64,000 nt of DNA from Auanema rhodensis (GCA_964057225.1 CAXKVF010000078.1:558001-622000), one strand, 5' to 3'. Shown: positions 10,901-27,600, counted from the first letter of the stretch. The notes: generated by a model from the sequence alone, not told the origin. Translations and numbers: made by a program.

Positions 10901-13900
10901 TAATATGGACATGGGGAATCTAATTTTGAAAACCGCATCTCTTTATCTTTCACGTGAAGCGAGTTACATACCAAGTGCACATCACGTGTACATTTAATTA
11001 GCATAAATTAAAGTTCACGTAAACTTCAAAGTCATGGTTACCATGAAGCAATATCAATAAAAAATGGTTTTTAGACTAATATGGACATGGGGAATCTAAT
11101 TTTGAAAACCGCATCTCTTTATCTTTCACGTGAAGCGAGTTACATACCAAGTGCACATCACGTGTACATTTAATTAGCATAAATTAAAGTTCACGTAAAT
11201 TTCAAAGTCATGGTTACCATGAACCAATATCAATAAAAATTTGTTTTTAGACTAATATGGACATGGGGAATCTAATTTTGAAAACCGCATCTCTTTATCT
11301 TTCACGTGAAGCGAGTTACATACCAAGTGCACATCACGTGTACATTTAATTAGCATAAATTAAAGTTCACGTAAACTTCAAAGTCATGGTTACCATGAAG
11401 CAATATCAATAAAAAATGGTTTTTAGACTAATATGGACATGGGGAATCTAATTTTGAAAACCGCATCTCTTTATCTTTCACGTGAAGCGAGTTACATACC
11501 AAGTGCACATCACGTGTACATTTAATTAGCATAAATTAAAGTTCACGTAAATTTCAAAGTCATGGTTACCATGAACCAATATCAATAAAAATTTGTTTTT
11601 AGACTAATATGGACATGGGGAATCTAATTTTGAAAACCGCATCTCTTTATCTTTCACGTGAAGCGAGTTACATACCAAGTGCACATCACGTGTACATTTA
11701 ATTAGCATAAATTAAAGTTCACGTAAATTTCAAAGTCATGGTTACCATGAACCAATATCAATAAAAATTTGTTTTTAGACTAATATGGACATGGGGAATC
11801 TAATTTTGAAAACCGCATCTCTTTATCTTTCACGTGAAGCGAGTTACATACCAAGTGCACATCACGTGTACATTTAATTAGCATAAATTAAAGTTCACGT
11901 AAACTTCAAAGTCATGGTTACCATGAAGCAATATCAATAAAAATTTGTTTTTAGACTAATATGGACATGGGGAATCTAATTTTGAAAACCGCATCTCTTT
12001 ATCTTTCACGTGAAGCGAGTTACATACCAAGTGCACATCACGTGTACATTTAATTAGCATAAATTAAAGTTCACGTAAATTTCAAAGTCATGGTTACCAT
12101 GAACCAATATCAATAAAAATTTGTTTTTAGACTAATATGGACATGGGGAATCTAATTTTGAAAACCGCATCTCTTTATCTTTCACGTGAAGCGAGTTACA
12201 TACCAAGTGCACATCACGTGTACATTTAATTAGCATAAATTAAAGTTCACGTAAATTTCAAAGTCATGGTTACCACGAACCAATATCAATAAAAATTTGT
12301 TTTTAGACTAATATGGACATGGGGAATCTAATTTTGAAAACCGCATCTCTTTATCTTTCACGTGAAGCGAGTTACATACCAAGTGCACATCACGTGTACA
12401 TTTAATTAGCATAAATTAAAGTTCACGTAAATTTCAAAGTCATGGTTACCATGAACCAATATCAATAAAAATTTGTTTTTAGACTAATATGGACATGGGG
12501 AATCTAATTTTGAAAACCGCATCTCTTTATCTTTCACGTGAAGCGAGTTACATACCAAGTGCACATCACGTGTACATTTAATTAGCATAAATTAAAGTTC
12601 ACGTAAATTTCAAAGTCATGGTTACCATGAACCAATATCAATAAAAATTTGTTTTTAGACTAATATGGACATGGGGAATCTAATTTTGAAAACCGCATCT
12701 CTTTATCTTTCACGTGAAGCGAGTTACATACCAAGTGCACATCACGTGTACATTTAATTAGCATAAATTAAAGTTCACGTAAATTTCAAAGTCATGGTTA
12801 CCATGAACCAATATCAATAAAAATTTGTTTTTAGACTAATATGGACATGGGGAATCTAATTTTGAAAACCGCATTTCTTTATCTTTCACGTGAAGCGAGT
12901 TACATACCAAGTGCACATCACGTGTACATTTAATTAGCATAAATTAAAGTTCACGTAAATTTCAAAGTCATGGTTACCATGCACCAATATCAATAAAAAT
13001 TTGTTTTTAGACTAATATGGACATGGGGAATCTAATTTTGAAAACCGCATCTCTTTATCTTTCACGTGAAGCGAGTTACATACCAAGTGCACATCACGTG
13101 TACATTTAATTAGCATAAATTAAAGTTCACGTAAATTTCAAAGTCATGGTTACCATGAACCAATATCAATAAAAATTTGTTTTTAGACTAATATGGACAT
13201 GGGGAATCTAATTTTGAAAACCGCATCTCTTTATCTTTCACGTGAAGCGAGTTACATACCAAGTGCACATCACGTGTACATTTAATTAGCATAAATTAAA
13301 GTTCACGTAAATTTCAAAGTCATGGTTACCACGAACCAATATCAATAAAAATTTGTTTTTAGACTAATATGGACATGGGGAATCTAATTTTGAAAACCGC
13401 ATCTCTTTATCTTTCACGTGAAGCGAGTTACATACCAAGTGCACATCACGTGTACATTTAATTAGCATAAATTAAAGTTCACGTAAATTTCAAAGTCATG
13501 GTTACCATGAACCAATATCAATAAAAATTTGTTTTTAGACTAATATGGACATGGGGAATCTAATTTTGAAAACCGCATCTCTTTATCTTTCACGTGAAGC
13601 GAGTTACATACCAAGTGCACATCACGTGTACATTTAATTAGCATAAATTAAAGTTCACGTAAACTTCAAAGTCATGGTTACCATGAAGCAATATCAATAA
13701 AAATTTGTTTTTAGACTAATATGGACATGGGGAATCTAATTTTGAAAACCGCATCTCTTTATCTTTCACGTGAAGCGAGTTACATACCAAGTGCACATCA
13801 CGTGTACATTTAATTAGCATAAATTAAAGTTCACGTAAATTTCAAAGTCATGGTTACCACGAACCAATATCAATAAAAATTTGTTTTTAGACTAATATGG

Positions 13901-14256
13901 ACATGGGGAATCTAATTTTGAAAACCGCATCTCTTTATCTTTCACGTGAAGCGAGTTACATACCAAGTGCACATCACGTGTACATTTAATTAGCATAAAT
14001 TAAAGTTCACGTAAATTTCAAAGTCATGGTTACCATGAAGCAATATCAATAAAAATTTGTTTTTAGACTAATATGGACATGGGGAATCTAATTTTGAAAA
14101 CCGCATCTCTTTATCTTTCACGTGAAGCGAGTTACATACCAAGTGCACATCACGTGTACATTTAATTAGCATAAATTAAAGTTCACGTAAACTTCAAAGT
14201 CATGGTTACCATGAAGCAATATCAATAAAAAATGGTTTTTAGACTAATATGGACAT
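7921..14256. repeat. HOR-like block with 14- then 18-monomer periodicity
   Basis: Run [T112C+C136G][T132C][C136G][T112C+C136G+T152A+T154G] starts at 7921, 10385 (+2464) and 13553 (+3168). Confidence 0.8.
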
Positions 14257-17200
14257 GGGGAATCTAATTTTGAAAACCGCATCTCTTTATCTTTCACGTG
14301 AAGCGAGTTACATACCAAGTGCACATCACGTGTACATTTAATTAGCATAAATTAAAGTTCACGTAAATTTCAAAGTCATGGTTACCATGAACCAATATCA
14401 ATAAAAATTTGTTTTTAGACTAATATGGACATGGGGAATCTAATTTTGAAAACCGCATCTCTTTATCTTTCACGTGAAGCGAGTTACATACCAAGTGCAC
14501 ATCACGTGTACATTTAATTAGCATAAATTAAAGTTCACGTAAATTTCAAAGTCATGGTTACCATGCACCAATATCAATAAAAATTTGTTTTTAGACTAAT
14601 ATGGACATGGGGAATCTAATTTTGAAAACCGCATCTCTTTATCTTTCACGTGAAGCGAGTTACATACCAAGTGCACATCACGTGTACATTTAATTAGCAT
14701 AAATTAAAGTTCACGTAAATTTCAAAGTCATGGTTACCATGAACCAATATCAATAAAAATTTGTTTTTAGACTAATATGGACATGGGGAATCTAATTTTG
14801 AAAACCGCATCTCTTTATCTTTCACGTGAAGCGAGTTACATACCAAGTGCACATCACGTGTACATTTAATTAGCATAAATTAAAGTTCACGTAAATTTCA
14901 AAGTCATGGTTACCATGCACCAATATCAATAAAAATTTGTTTTTAGACTAATATGGACATGGGGAATCTAATTTTGAAAACCGCATCTCTTTATCTTTCA
15001 CGTGAAGCGAGTTACATACCAAGTGCACATCACGTGTACATTTAATTAGCATAAATTAAAGTTCACGTAAACTTCAAAGTCATGGTTACCATGAAGCAAT
15101 ATCAATAAAAATTTGTTTTTAGACTAATATGGACATGGGGAATCTAATTTTGAAAACCGCATCTCTTTATCTTTCACGTGAAGCGAGTTACATACCAAGT
15201 GCACATCACGTGTACATTTAATTAGCATAAATTAAAGTTCACGTAAATTTCAAAGTCATGGTTACCATGAACCAATATCAATAAAAATTTGTTTTTAGAC
15301 TAATATGGACATGGGGAATCTAATTTTGAAAACCGCATCTCTTTATCTTTCACGTGAAGCGAGTTACATACCAAGTGCACATCACGTGTACATTTAATTA
15401 GCATAAATTAAAGTTCACGTAAATTTCAAAGTCATGGTTACCATGAACCAATATCAATAAAAATTTGTTTTTAGACTAATATGGACATGGGGAATCTAAT
15501 TTTGAAAACCGCATCTCTTTATCTTTCACGTGAAGCGAGTTACATACCAAGTGCACATCACGTGTACATTTAATTAGCATAAATTAAAGTTCACGTAAAT
15601 TTCAAAGTCATGGTTACCATGAACCAATATCAATAAAAATTTGTTTTTAGACTAATATGGACATGGGGAATCTAATTTTGAAAACCGCATTTCTTTATCT
15701 TTCACGTGAAGCGAGTTACATACCAAGTGCACATCACGTGTACATTTAATTAGCATAAATTAAAGTTCACGTAAATTTCAAAGTCATGGTTACCATGCAC
15801 CAATAACAATAAAAATTTGTTTTTAGACTGATATGGACATGGGGAATCTAATTTTGAAAACCGCATCTCTTTATCTTTCACGTGAAGCGAGTTACATACC
15901 AAGTGCACATCACGTGTACATTTAATTAGCATAAATTAAAGTTCACGTAAATTTCAAAGTCATGGTTACCATGAACCAATATCAATAAAAATTCGTTTTT
16001 AGACTAATATGGACATGGGGAATCTAATTTTGAAAACCGCATTTCTTTATCTTTCACGTGAAGCGAGTTACATACCAAGTGCACATCACGTGTACATTTA
16101 ATTAGCATAAATTAAAGTTCACGTAAATTTCAAAGTCATGGTTACCATGCACCAATAACAATAAAAATTTGTTTTTAGACTGATATGGACATGGGGAATC
16201 TAATTTTGAAAACCGCATCTCTTTATCTTTCACGTGAAGCGAGTTACATACCAAGTGCACATCACGTGTACATTTAATTAGCATAAATTAAAGTTCACGT
16301 AAATTTCAAAGTCATGGTTACCATGCACCAATAACAATAAAAATTTGTTTTTAGACTGATATGGACATGGGGAATCTAATTTTGAAAACCGCATCTCTTT
16401 ATCTTTCACGTGAAGCGAGTTACATACCAAGTGCACATCACGTGTACATTTAATTAGCATAAATTAAAGTTCACGTAAATTTCAAAGTCATGGTTACCAT
16501 GAACCAATATCAATAAAAATTTGTTTTTAGACTAATATGGACATGGGGAATCTAATTTTGAAAACCGCATCTCTTTATCTTTCACGTGAAGCGAGTTACA
16601 TACCAAGTGCACATCACGTGTACATTTAATTAGCATAAATTAAAGTTCACGTAAATTTCAAAGTCATGGTTACCATGAACCAATATCAATAAAAATTTGT
16701 TTTTAGACTAATATGGACATGGGGAATCTAATTTTGAAAACCGCATCTCTTTATCTTTCACGTGAAGCGAGTTACATACCAAGTGCACATCACGTGTACA
16801 TTTAATTAGCATAAATTAAAGTTCACGTAAATTTCAAAGTCATGGTTACCATGAACCAATATCAATAAAAATTTGTTTTTAGACTAATATGGACATGGGG
16901 AATCTAATTTTGAAAACCGCATTTCTTTATCTTTCACGTGAAGCGAGTTACATACCAAGTGCACATCACGTGTACATTTAATTAGCATAAATTAAAGTTC
17001 ACGTAAATTTCAAAGTCATGGTTACCATGAACCAATATCAATAAAAATTTGTTTTTAGACTAATATGGACATGGGGAATGTAATTTTGAAAACCGCATCT
17101 CTTTATCTTTCACGTGAAGCGAGTTACATACCAAGTGCACATCACGTGTACATTTAATTAGCATAAATTAAAGTTCACGTAAAATTCAAAGTCATGGTTA

Positions 17201-20200
17201 CCATGCACCAATATCAATAAAAATTTGTTTTTAGACTAATATGGACATGGGGAATCTAATTTTGAAAACCGCATCTCTTTATCTTTCACGTGAAGCGAGT
17301 TACATACCAAGTGCACATCACGTGTACATTTAATTAGCATAAATTAAAGTTCACGTAAATTTCAAAGTCATGGTTACCATGAACCAATATCAATAAAAAT
17401 TTGTTTTTAGACTAATATGGACATGGGGAATCTAATTTTGAAAACCGCATCTCTTTATCTTTCACGTGAAGCGAGTTACATACCAAGTGCACATCACGTG
17501 TACATTTAATTAGCATAAATTAAAGTTCACGTAAATTTCAAAGTCATGGTTACCATGAAGCAATATCAATAAAAATTTGTTTTTAGACTAATATGGACAT
17601 GGGGAATCTAATTTTGAAAACCGCATCTCTTTATCTTTCACGTGAAGCGAGTTACATACCAAGTGCACATCACGTGTACATTTAATTAGCATAAATTAAA
17701 GTTCACGTAAATTTCAAAGTCATGGTTACCATGAACCAATATCAATAAAAATTTGTTTTTAGACTAATATGGACATGGGGAATCTAATTTTGAAAACCGC
17801 ATCTCTTTATCTTCCACGTGAAGCGAGTTACATACCAAGTGCACATCACGTGTACATTTAATTAGCATAAATTAAAGTTCACGTAAAATTCAAAGTCATG
17901 GTTACCATGCACCAATATCAATAAAAATTTGTTTTTAGACTAATATGGACATGGGGAATCTAATTTTGAAAACCGCATCTCTTTATCTTTCACGTGAAGC
18001 GAGTTACATACCAAGTGCACATCACGTGTACATTTAATTAGCATAAATTAAAGTTCACGTAAATTTCAAAGTCATGGTTACCATGCACCAATATCAATAA
18101 AAATTTGTTTTTAGACTAATATGGACATGGGGAATCTAATTTTGAAAACCGCATCTCTTTATCTTTCACGTGAAGCGAGTTACATACCAAGTGCACATCA
18201 CGTGTACATTTAATTAGCATAAATTAAAGTTCACGTAAATTTCAAAGTCATGGTTACCATGAACCAATATCAATAAAAATTTGTTTTTAGACTAATATGG
18301 ACATGGGGAATCTAATTTTGAAAACCGCATCTCTTTATCTTTCACGTGAAGCGAGTTACATACCAAGTGCACATCACGTGTACATTTAATTAGCATAAAT
18401 TAAAGTTCACGTAAATTTCAAAGTCATGGTTACCATGAAGCAATATCAATAAAAATTTGTTTTTAGACTAATATGGACATGGGGAATCTAATTTTGAAAA
18501 CCGCATCTCTTTATCTTTCACGTGAAGCGAGTTACATACCAAGTGCACATCACGTGTACATTTAATTAGCATAAATTAAAGTTCACGTAAATTTCAAAGT
18601 CATGGTTACCATGCACCAATATCAATAAAAATTTGTTTTTAGACTGATATGGACATGGGGAATCTAATTTTGAAAACCGCATCTCTTTATCTTTCACGTG
18701 AAGCGAGTTACATACCAAGTGCACATCATGTGTACATTTAATTAGCATAAATTAAAGTTCACGTAAATTTCAAAGTCATGGTTACCATGAACCAATATCA
18801 ATAAAAATTTGTTTTTAAACTAATATGGACATGGGGAATCTAATTTTGAAAACCGCATCTCTTTATCTTTCACGTGAAGCGAGTTACATACCAAGTGCAC
18901 ATCACGTGTACATTTAATTAGCATAAATTAAAGTTCACGTAAATTTCAAAGTCATGGTTACCATGAACCAATATCAATAAAAATTTGTTTTTAGACTAAT
19001 ATGGACATGGGGAATCTAATTTTGAAAACCGCATCTCTTTATCTTTCACGTGAAGCGAGTTACATACCAAGTGCACATCACGTGTACATTTAATTAGCAT
19101 AAATTAAAGTTCACGTAAATTTCAAAGTCATGGTTACCATGAACCAATATCAATAAAAATTTGTTTTTAGACTAATATGGACATGGGGAATCTAATTTTG
19201 AAAACCGCATTTCTTTATCTTTCACGTGAAGCGAGTTACATACCAAGTGCACATCACGTGTACATTTAATTAGCATAAATTAAAGTTCACGTAAAATTCA
19301 AAGTCATGGTTACCATGCACCAATATCAATAAAAATTTGTTTTTAGACTAATATGGACATGGGGAATCTAATTTTGAAAACCGCATCTCTTTATCTTTCA
19401 CGTGAAGCGAGTTACATACCAAGTGCACATCACGTGTACATTTAATTAGCATAAATTAAAGTTCACGTAAATTTCAAAGTCATGGTTACCATGAACCAAT
19501 ATCAATAAAAATTTGTTTTTAGACTAATATGGACATGGGGAATCTAATTTTGAAAACCGCATTTCTTTATCTTTCACGTGAAGCGAGTTACATACCAAGT
19601 GCACATCACGTGTACATTTAATTAGCATAAATTAAAGTTCACGTAAAATTCAAAGTCATGGTTACCATGCACCAATATCAATAAAAATTTGTTTTTAGAC
19701 TAATATGGACATGGGGAATCTAATTTTGAAAACCGCATCTCTTTATCTTTCACGTGAAGCGAGTTACATACCAAGTGCACATCACGTGTACATTTAATTA
19801 GCATGAATTAAAGTTCACGTAAAATTCAAAGTCATGGTTACCATGCACCAATATCAATAAAAATTTGTTTTTAGACTAATATGGACATGGGGAATCTAAT
19901 TTTGAAAACCGCATCTCTTTATCTTTCACGTGAAGCGAGTTACATACCAAGTGCACATCACGTGTACATTTAATTAGCATAAATTAAAGTTCACGTAAAT
20001 TTCAAAGTCATGGTTACCATGCACCAATATCAATAAAAATTTGTTTTTAGACTAATATGGACATGGGGAATCTAATTTTGAAAACCGCATCTCTTTATCT
20101 TTCACGTGAAGCGAGTTACATACCAAGTGCACATCACGTGTACATTTAATTAGCATAAATTAAAGTTCACGTAAATTTCAAAGTCATGGTTACCATGAAC

Positions 20201-22000
20201 CAATATCAATAAAAATTTGTTTTTAGACTAATATGGACATGGGGAATCTAATTTTGAAAACCGCATCTCTTTATCTTTCACGTGAAGCGAGTTACATACC
20301 AAGTGCACATCACGTGTACATTTAATTAGCATAAATTAAAGTTCACGTAAATTTCAAAGTCATGGTTACCATGCACCAATATCAATAAAAATTTGTTTTT
20401 AGACTGATATGGACATGGGGAATCTAATTTTGAAAACCGCATCTCTTTATCTTTCACGTGAAGCGAGTTACATACCAAGTGCACATCACGTGTACATTTA
20501 ATTAGCATAAATTAAAGTTCACGTAAATTTCAAAGTCATGGTTACCATGAACCAATATCAATAAAAATTTGTTTTTAGACTAATATGGACATGGGGAATC
20601 TAATTTTGAAAACCGCATCTCTTTATCTTTCACGTGAAGCGAGTTACATACCAAGTGCACATCACGTGTACATTTAATTAGCATAAATTAAAGTTCACGT
20701 AAATTTCAAAGTCATGGTTACCATGAACCAATATCAATAAAAATTTGTTTTTAGACTAATATGGACATGGGGAATCTAATTTTGAAAACCGCATCTCTTT
20801 ATCTTTCACGTGAAGCGAGTTACATACCAAGTGCACATCACGTGTACATTTAATTAGCATAAATTAAAGTTCACGTAAATTTCAAAGTCATGGTTACCAT
20901 GAAGCAATATCAATAAAAATTTGTTTTTAGACTAATATGGACATGGGGAATCTAATTTTGAAAACCGCATCTCTTTATCTTTCACGTGAAGCGAGTTACA
21001 TACCAAGTGCACATCACGTGTACATTTAATTAGCATAAATTAAAGTTCACGTAAATTTCAAAGTCATGGTTACCATGCACCAATATCAATAAAAATTTGT
21101 TTTTAGACTGATATGGACATGGGGAATCTAATTTTGAAAACCGCATCTCTTTATCTTTCACGTGAAGCGAGTTACATACCAAGTGCACATCACGTGTACA
21201 TTTAATTAGCATAAATTAAAGTTCACGTAAATTTCAAAGTCATGGTTACCATGAACCAATATCAATAAAAATTTGTTTTTAGACTAATATGGACATGGGG
21301 AATCTAATTTTGAAAACCGCATCTCTTTATCTTTCACGTGAAGCGAGTTACATACCAAGTGCACATCACGTGTACATTTAATTAGCATAAATTAAAGTTC
21401 ACGTAAATTTCAAAGTCATGGTTACCATGAACCAATATCAATAAAAATTTGTTTTTAGACTAATATGGACATGGGGAATCTAATTTTGAAAACCGCATCT
21501 CTTTATCTTTCACGTGAAGCGAGTTACATACCAAGTGCACATCACGTGTACATTTAATTAGCATAAATTAAAGTTCACGTAAATTTCAAAGTCATGGTTA
21601 CCATGAACCAATATCAATAAAAATTTGTTTTTAGACTAATATGGACATGGGGAATCTAATTTTGAAAACCGCATTTCTTTATCTTTCACGTGAAGCGAGT
21701 TACATACCAAGTGCACATCACGTGTACATTTAATTAGAATAAATTAAAGTTCACGTAAATTTCAAAGTCATGGTTACCATGAACCAATATCAATAAAAAT
21801 TTGTTTTTAGACTAATATGGACATGGGGAATCTAATTTTGAAAACCGCATCTCTTTATCTATCACGTGAAGCGAGTTACATACCAAGTGCACATCACGTG
21901 TACATTTAATTAGCATAAATTAAAGTTCACGTAAATTTCAAAGTCATGGTTACCATGAACCAATATCAATAAAAATTTGTTTTTAGACTAATATGGACAT

Positions 22001-24640
22001 GGGGAATCTAATTTTGAAAACCGCATCTCTTTATCTTTCACGTGAAGCGAGTTACATACCAAGTGCACATCACGTGTACATTTAATTAGCATAAATTAAA
22101 GTTCACGTAAATTTCAAAGTCATGGTTACCATGCACCAATATCAATAAAAATTTGTTTTTAGACTGATATGGACATGGGGAATCTAATTTTGAAAACCGC
22201 ATCTCTTTATCTTTCACGTGAAGCGAGTTACATACCAAGTGCACATCACGTGTACATTTAATTAGCATAAATTAAAGTTCACGTAAACTTCAAAGTCATG
22301 GTTACCATGAAGCAATATCAATAAAAATTTGTTTTTAGACTAATATGGACATGGGGAATCTAATTTTGAAAACCGCATCTCTTTATCTTTCACGTGAAGC
22401 GAGTTACATACCAAGTGCACATCACGTGTACATTTAATTAGCATAAATTAAAGTTCACGTAAATTTCAAAGTCATGGTTACCATGAACCAATATCAATAA
22501 AAATTTGTTTTTAGACTAATATGGACATGGGGAATCTAATTTTGAAAACCGCATCTCTTTATCTTTCACGTGAAGCGAGTTACATACCAAGTGCACATCA
22601 CGTGTACATTTAATTAGCATAAATTAAAGTTCACGTAAATTTCAAAGTCATGGTTACCATGAACCAATATCAATAAAAATTTGTTTTTAGACTAATATGG
22701 ACATGGGGAATCTAATTTTGAAAACCGCATCTCTTTATCTTTCACGTGAAGCGAGTTACATACCAAGTGCACATCACGTGTACATTTAATTAGCATAAAT
22801 TAAAGTTCACGTAAATTTCAAAGTCATGGTTACCATGAAGCAATATCAATAAAAATTTGTTTTTAGACTAATATGGACATGGGGAATCTAATTTTGAAAA
22901 CCGCATCTCTTTATCTTTCACGTGAAGCGAGTTACATACCAAGTGCACATCACGTGTACATTTAATTAGCATAAATTAAAGTTCACGTAAACTTCAAAGT
23001 CATGGTTACCATGAAGCAATATCAATAAAAATTTGTTTTTAGACTAATATGGACATGGGGAATCTAATTTTGAAAACCGCATCTCTTTATCTTTCACGTG
23101 AAGCGAGTTACATACCAAGTGCACATCACGTGTACATTTAATTAGCATAAATTAAAGTTCACGTAAATTTCAAAGTCATGGTTACCATGAACCAATATCA
23201 ATAAAAATTTGTTTTTAGACTAATATGGACATGGGGAATCTAATTTTGAAAACCGCATCTCTTTATCTTTCACGTGAAGCGAGTTACATACCAAGTGCAC
23301 ATCACGTGTACATTTAATTAGCATAAATTAAAGTTCACGTAAATTTCAAAGTCATCGTTACCATGCACCAATATCAATAAAAATTTGTTTTTAGACTGAT
23401 ATGGACATGGGGAATCTAATTTTGAAAACCGCATCTCTTTATCTTTCACGTGAAGCGAGTTACATACCAAGTGCACATCACGTGTACATTTAATTAGCAT
23501 AAATTAAAGTTCACGTAAACTTCAAAGTCATGGTTACCATGAAGCAATATCAATAAAAATTTGTTTTTAGACTAATATGGACATGGGGAATCTAATTTTG
23601 AAAACCGCATCTCTTTATCTTTCACGTGAAGCGAGTTACATACCAAGTGCACATCACGTGTACATTTAATTAGCATAAATTAAAGTTCACGTAAATTTCA
23701 AAGTCATGGTTACCATGAACCAATATCAATAAAAATTTGTTTTTAGACTAATATGGACATGGGGAATCTAATTTTGAAAACCGCATCTCTTTATCTTTCA
23801 CGTGAAGCGAGTTACATACCAAGTGCACATCACGTGTACATTTAATTAGCATAAATTAAAGTTCACGTAAATTTCAAAGTCATGGTTACCATGAACCAAT
23901 ATCAATAAAAATTTGTTTTTAGACTAATATGGACATGGGGAATCTAATTTTGAAAACCGCATCTCTTTATCTTTCACGTGAAGCGAGTTACATACCAAGT
24001 GCACATCACGTGTACATTTAATTAGCATAAATTAAAGTTCACGTAAATTTCAAAGTCATGGTTACCATGAAGCAATATCAATAAAAATTTGTTTTTAGAC
24101 TAATATGGACATGGGGAATCTAATTTTGAAAACCGCATCTCTTTATCTTTCACGTGAAGCGAGTTACATACCAAGTGCACATCACGTGTACATTTAATTA
24201 GCATAAATTAAAGTTCACGTAAACTTCAAAGTCATGGTTACCATGAAGCAATATCAATAAAAATTTGTTTTTAGACTAATATGGACATGGGGAATCTAAT
24301 TTTGAAAACCGCATCTCTTTATCTTTCACGTGAAGCGAGTTACATACCAAGTGCACATCACGTGTACATTTAATTAGCATAAATTAAAGTTCACGTAAAC
24401 TTCAAAGTCATGGTTACCATGAAGCAATATCAATAAAAATTTGTTTTTAGACTAATATGGACATGGGGAATCTAATTTTGAAAACCGCATCTCTTTATCT
24501 TTCACGTGAAGCGAGTTACATACCAAGTGCACATCACGTGTACATTTAATTAGCATAAATTAAAGTTCACGTAAACTTCAAAGTCATGGTTACCATGAAG
24601 CAATATCAATAAAAATTTGTTTTTAGACTAATATGGACAT
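22001..24640. repeat. 7-monomer (1232-bp) duplication followed by three consecutive T112C+C136G monomers
   Basis: A134C+A166G monomers at 22001 and 23233 are followed by the same variant order. Three identical monomers occupy 24113-24640. Confidence 0.75.
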
Positions 24641-27600
24641 GGGGAATCTAATTTTGAAAACCGCATCTCTTTATCTTTCACGTGAAGCGAGTTACATACC
24701 AAGTGCACATCACGTGTACATTTAATTAGCATAAATTAAAGTTCACGTAAATTTCAAAGTCATGGTTACCACGAACCAATATCAATAAAAATTTGTTTTT
24801 AGACTAATATGGACATGGGGAATCTAATTTTGAAAACCGCATCTCTTTATCTTTCACGTGAAGCGAGTTACATACCAAGTGCACATCACGTGTACATTTA
24901 ATTAGCATAAATTAAAGTTCACGTAAATTTCAAAGTCATGGTTACCATGAACCAATATCAATAAAAATTTGTTTTTAGACTAATATGGACATGGGGAATC
25001 TAATTTTGAAAACCGCATCTCTTTATCTTTCACGTGAAGCGAGTTACATACCAAGTGCACATCACGTGTACATTTAATTAGCATAAATTAAAGTTCACGT
25101 AAATTTCAAAGTCATGGTTACCATGCACCAATATCAATAAAAATTTGTTTTTAGACTAATATGGACATGGGGAATCTAATTTTGAAAACCGCATCTCTTT
25201 ATCTTTCACGTGAAGCGAGTTACATACCAAGTGCACATCACGTGTACATTTAATTAGCATAAATTAAAGTTCACGTAAATTTCAAAGTCATGGTTACCAT
25301 GAACTAATATCAATAAAAATTTGTTTTTAGACTAATATGGACATGGGGAATCTAATTTTGAAAACCGCATCTCTTTATCTTTCACGTGAAGCGAGTTACA
25401 TACCAAGTGCACATCACGTGTACATTTAATTAGCATAAATTAAAGTTCACGTAAATTTCAAAGTCATGGTTACCATGAACCAATATCAATAAAAATTTGT
25501 TTTTAGACTAATATGGACATGGGGAATCTAATTTTGAAAACCGCATCTCTTTATCTTTCACGTGAAGCGAGTTACATACCAAGTGCACATCACGTGTACA
25601 TTTAATTAGCATAAATTAAAGTTCACGTAAATTTCAAAGTCATGGTTACCATGAACCAATATCAATAAAAAATTTGTTTTTAGACTAATATGGACATGGG
25701 GAATCTAATTTTGAAAACCGCATCTCTTTATCTTTCACGTGAAGCGAGTTACATACCAAGTGCATATCACGTGTACATTTAATTAGCATAAATTAAAGTT
25801 CACGTAAATTTCAAAGTCATGGTTACCATGAACCAATATCAATAAAAATTTGTTTTTAGACTAATATGGACATGGGGAATCTAATTTTGAAAACCGCATC
25901 TCTTTATCTTTCACGTGAAGCGAGTTACATACCAAGTGCACATCACGTGTACATTTAATTAGCATAAATTAAAGTTCACGTAAATTTCAAAGTCATGGTT
26001 ACCATGAACCAATATCAATAAAAATTTGTTTTTAGACTAATATGGACATGGGGAATCTAATTTTGAAAACCGCATCTCTTTATCTTTCACGTGAAGCGAG
26101 TTACATACCAAGTGCACATCACGTGTACATTTAATTAGCATAAATTAAAGTTCACGTAAACTTCAAAGTCATGGTTACCATGAAGCAATATCAATAAAAA
26201 TTTGTTTTTAGACTAATATGGACATGGGGAATCTAATTTTGAAAACCGCATCTCTTTATCTTTCACGTGAAGCGAGTTACATACCAAGTGCACATCACGT
26301 GTACATTTAATTAGCATAAATTAAAGTTCACGTAAATTTCAAAGTCATGGTTACCATGAACCAATATCAATAAAAATTTGTTTTTAGACTAATATGGACA
26401 TGGGGAATCTAATTTTGAAAACCGCATCTCTTTATCTTTCACGTGAAGCGAGTTACATACCAAGTGCACATCACGTGTACATTTAATTAGCATAAATTAA
26501 AGTTCACGTAAATTTCAAAGTCATGGTTACCACGAACCAATATCAATAAAAATTTGTTTTTAGACTAATATGGACATGGGGAATCTAATTTTGAAAACCG
26601 CATCTCTTTATCTTTCACGTGAAGCGAGTTACATACCAAGTGCACATCACGTGTACATTTAATTAGCATAAATTAAAGTTCACGTAAATTTCAAAGTCAT
26701 GGTTACCATGAACCAATATCAATAAAAATTTGTTTTTAGACTAATATGGACATGGGGAATCTAATTTTGAAAACCGCATCTCTTTATCTTTCACGTGAAG
26801 CGAGTTACATACCAAGTGCACATCACGTGTACATTTAATTAGCATAAATTAAAGTTCACGTAAATTTCAAAGTCATGGTTACCATGAACCAATATCAATA
26901 AAAATTTGTTTTTAGACTAATATGGACATGGGGAATCTAATTTTGAAAACCGCATTTCTTTATCTTTCACGTGAAGCGAGTTACATACCAAGTGCACATC
27001 ACGTGTACATTTAATTAGCATAAATTAAAGTTCACGTAAATTTCAAAGTCATGGTTACCATGCACCAATATCAATAAAAATTTGTTTTTAGACTAATATG
27101 GACATGGGGAATCTAATTTTGAAAACCGCATCTCTTTATCTTTCACGTGAAGCGAGTTACATACCAAGTGCACATCACGTGTACATTTAATTAGCATAAA
27201 TTAAAGTTCACGTAAATTTCAAAGTCATGGTTACCATGAACCAATATCAATAAAAATTTGTTTTTAGACTAATATGGACATGGGGAATCTAATTTTGAAA
27301 ACCGCATCTCTTTATCTTTCACGTGAAGCGAGTTACATACCAAGTGCACATCACGTGTACATTTAATTAGCATAAATTAAAGTTCACGTAAATTTCAAAG
27401 TCATGGTTACCACGAACCAATATCAATAAAAATTTGTTTTTAGACTAATATGGACATGGGGAATCTAATTTTGAAAACCGCATCTCTTTATCTTTCACGT
27501 GAAGCGAGTTACATACCAAGTGCACATCACGTGTACATTTAATTAGCATAAATTAAAGTTCACGTAAATTTCAAAGTCATGGTTACCATGAACCAATATC

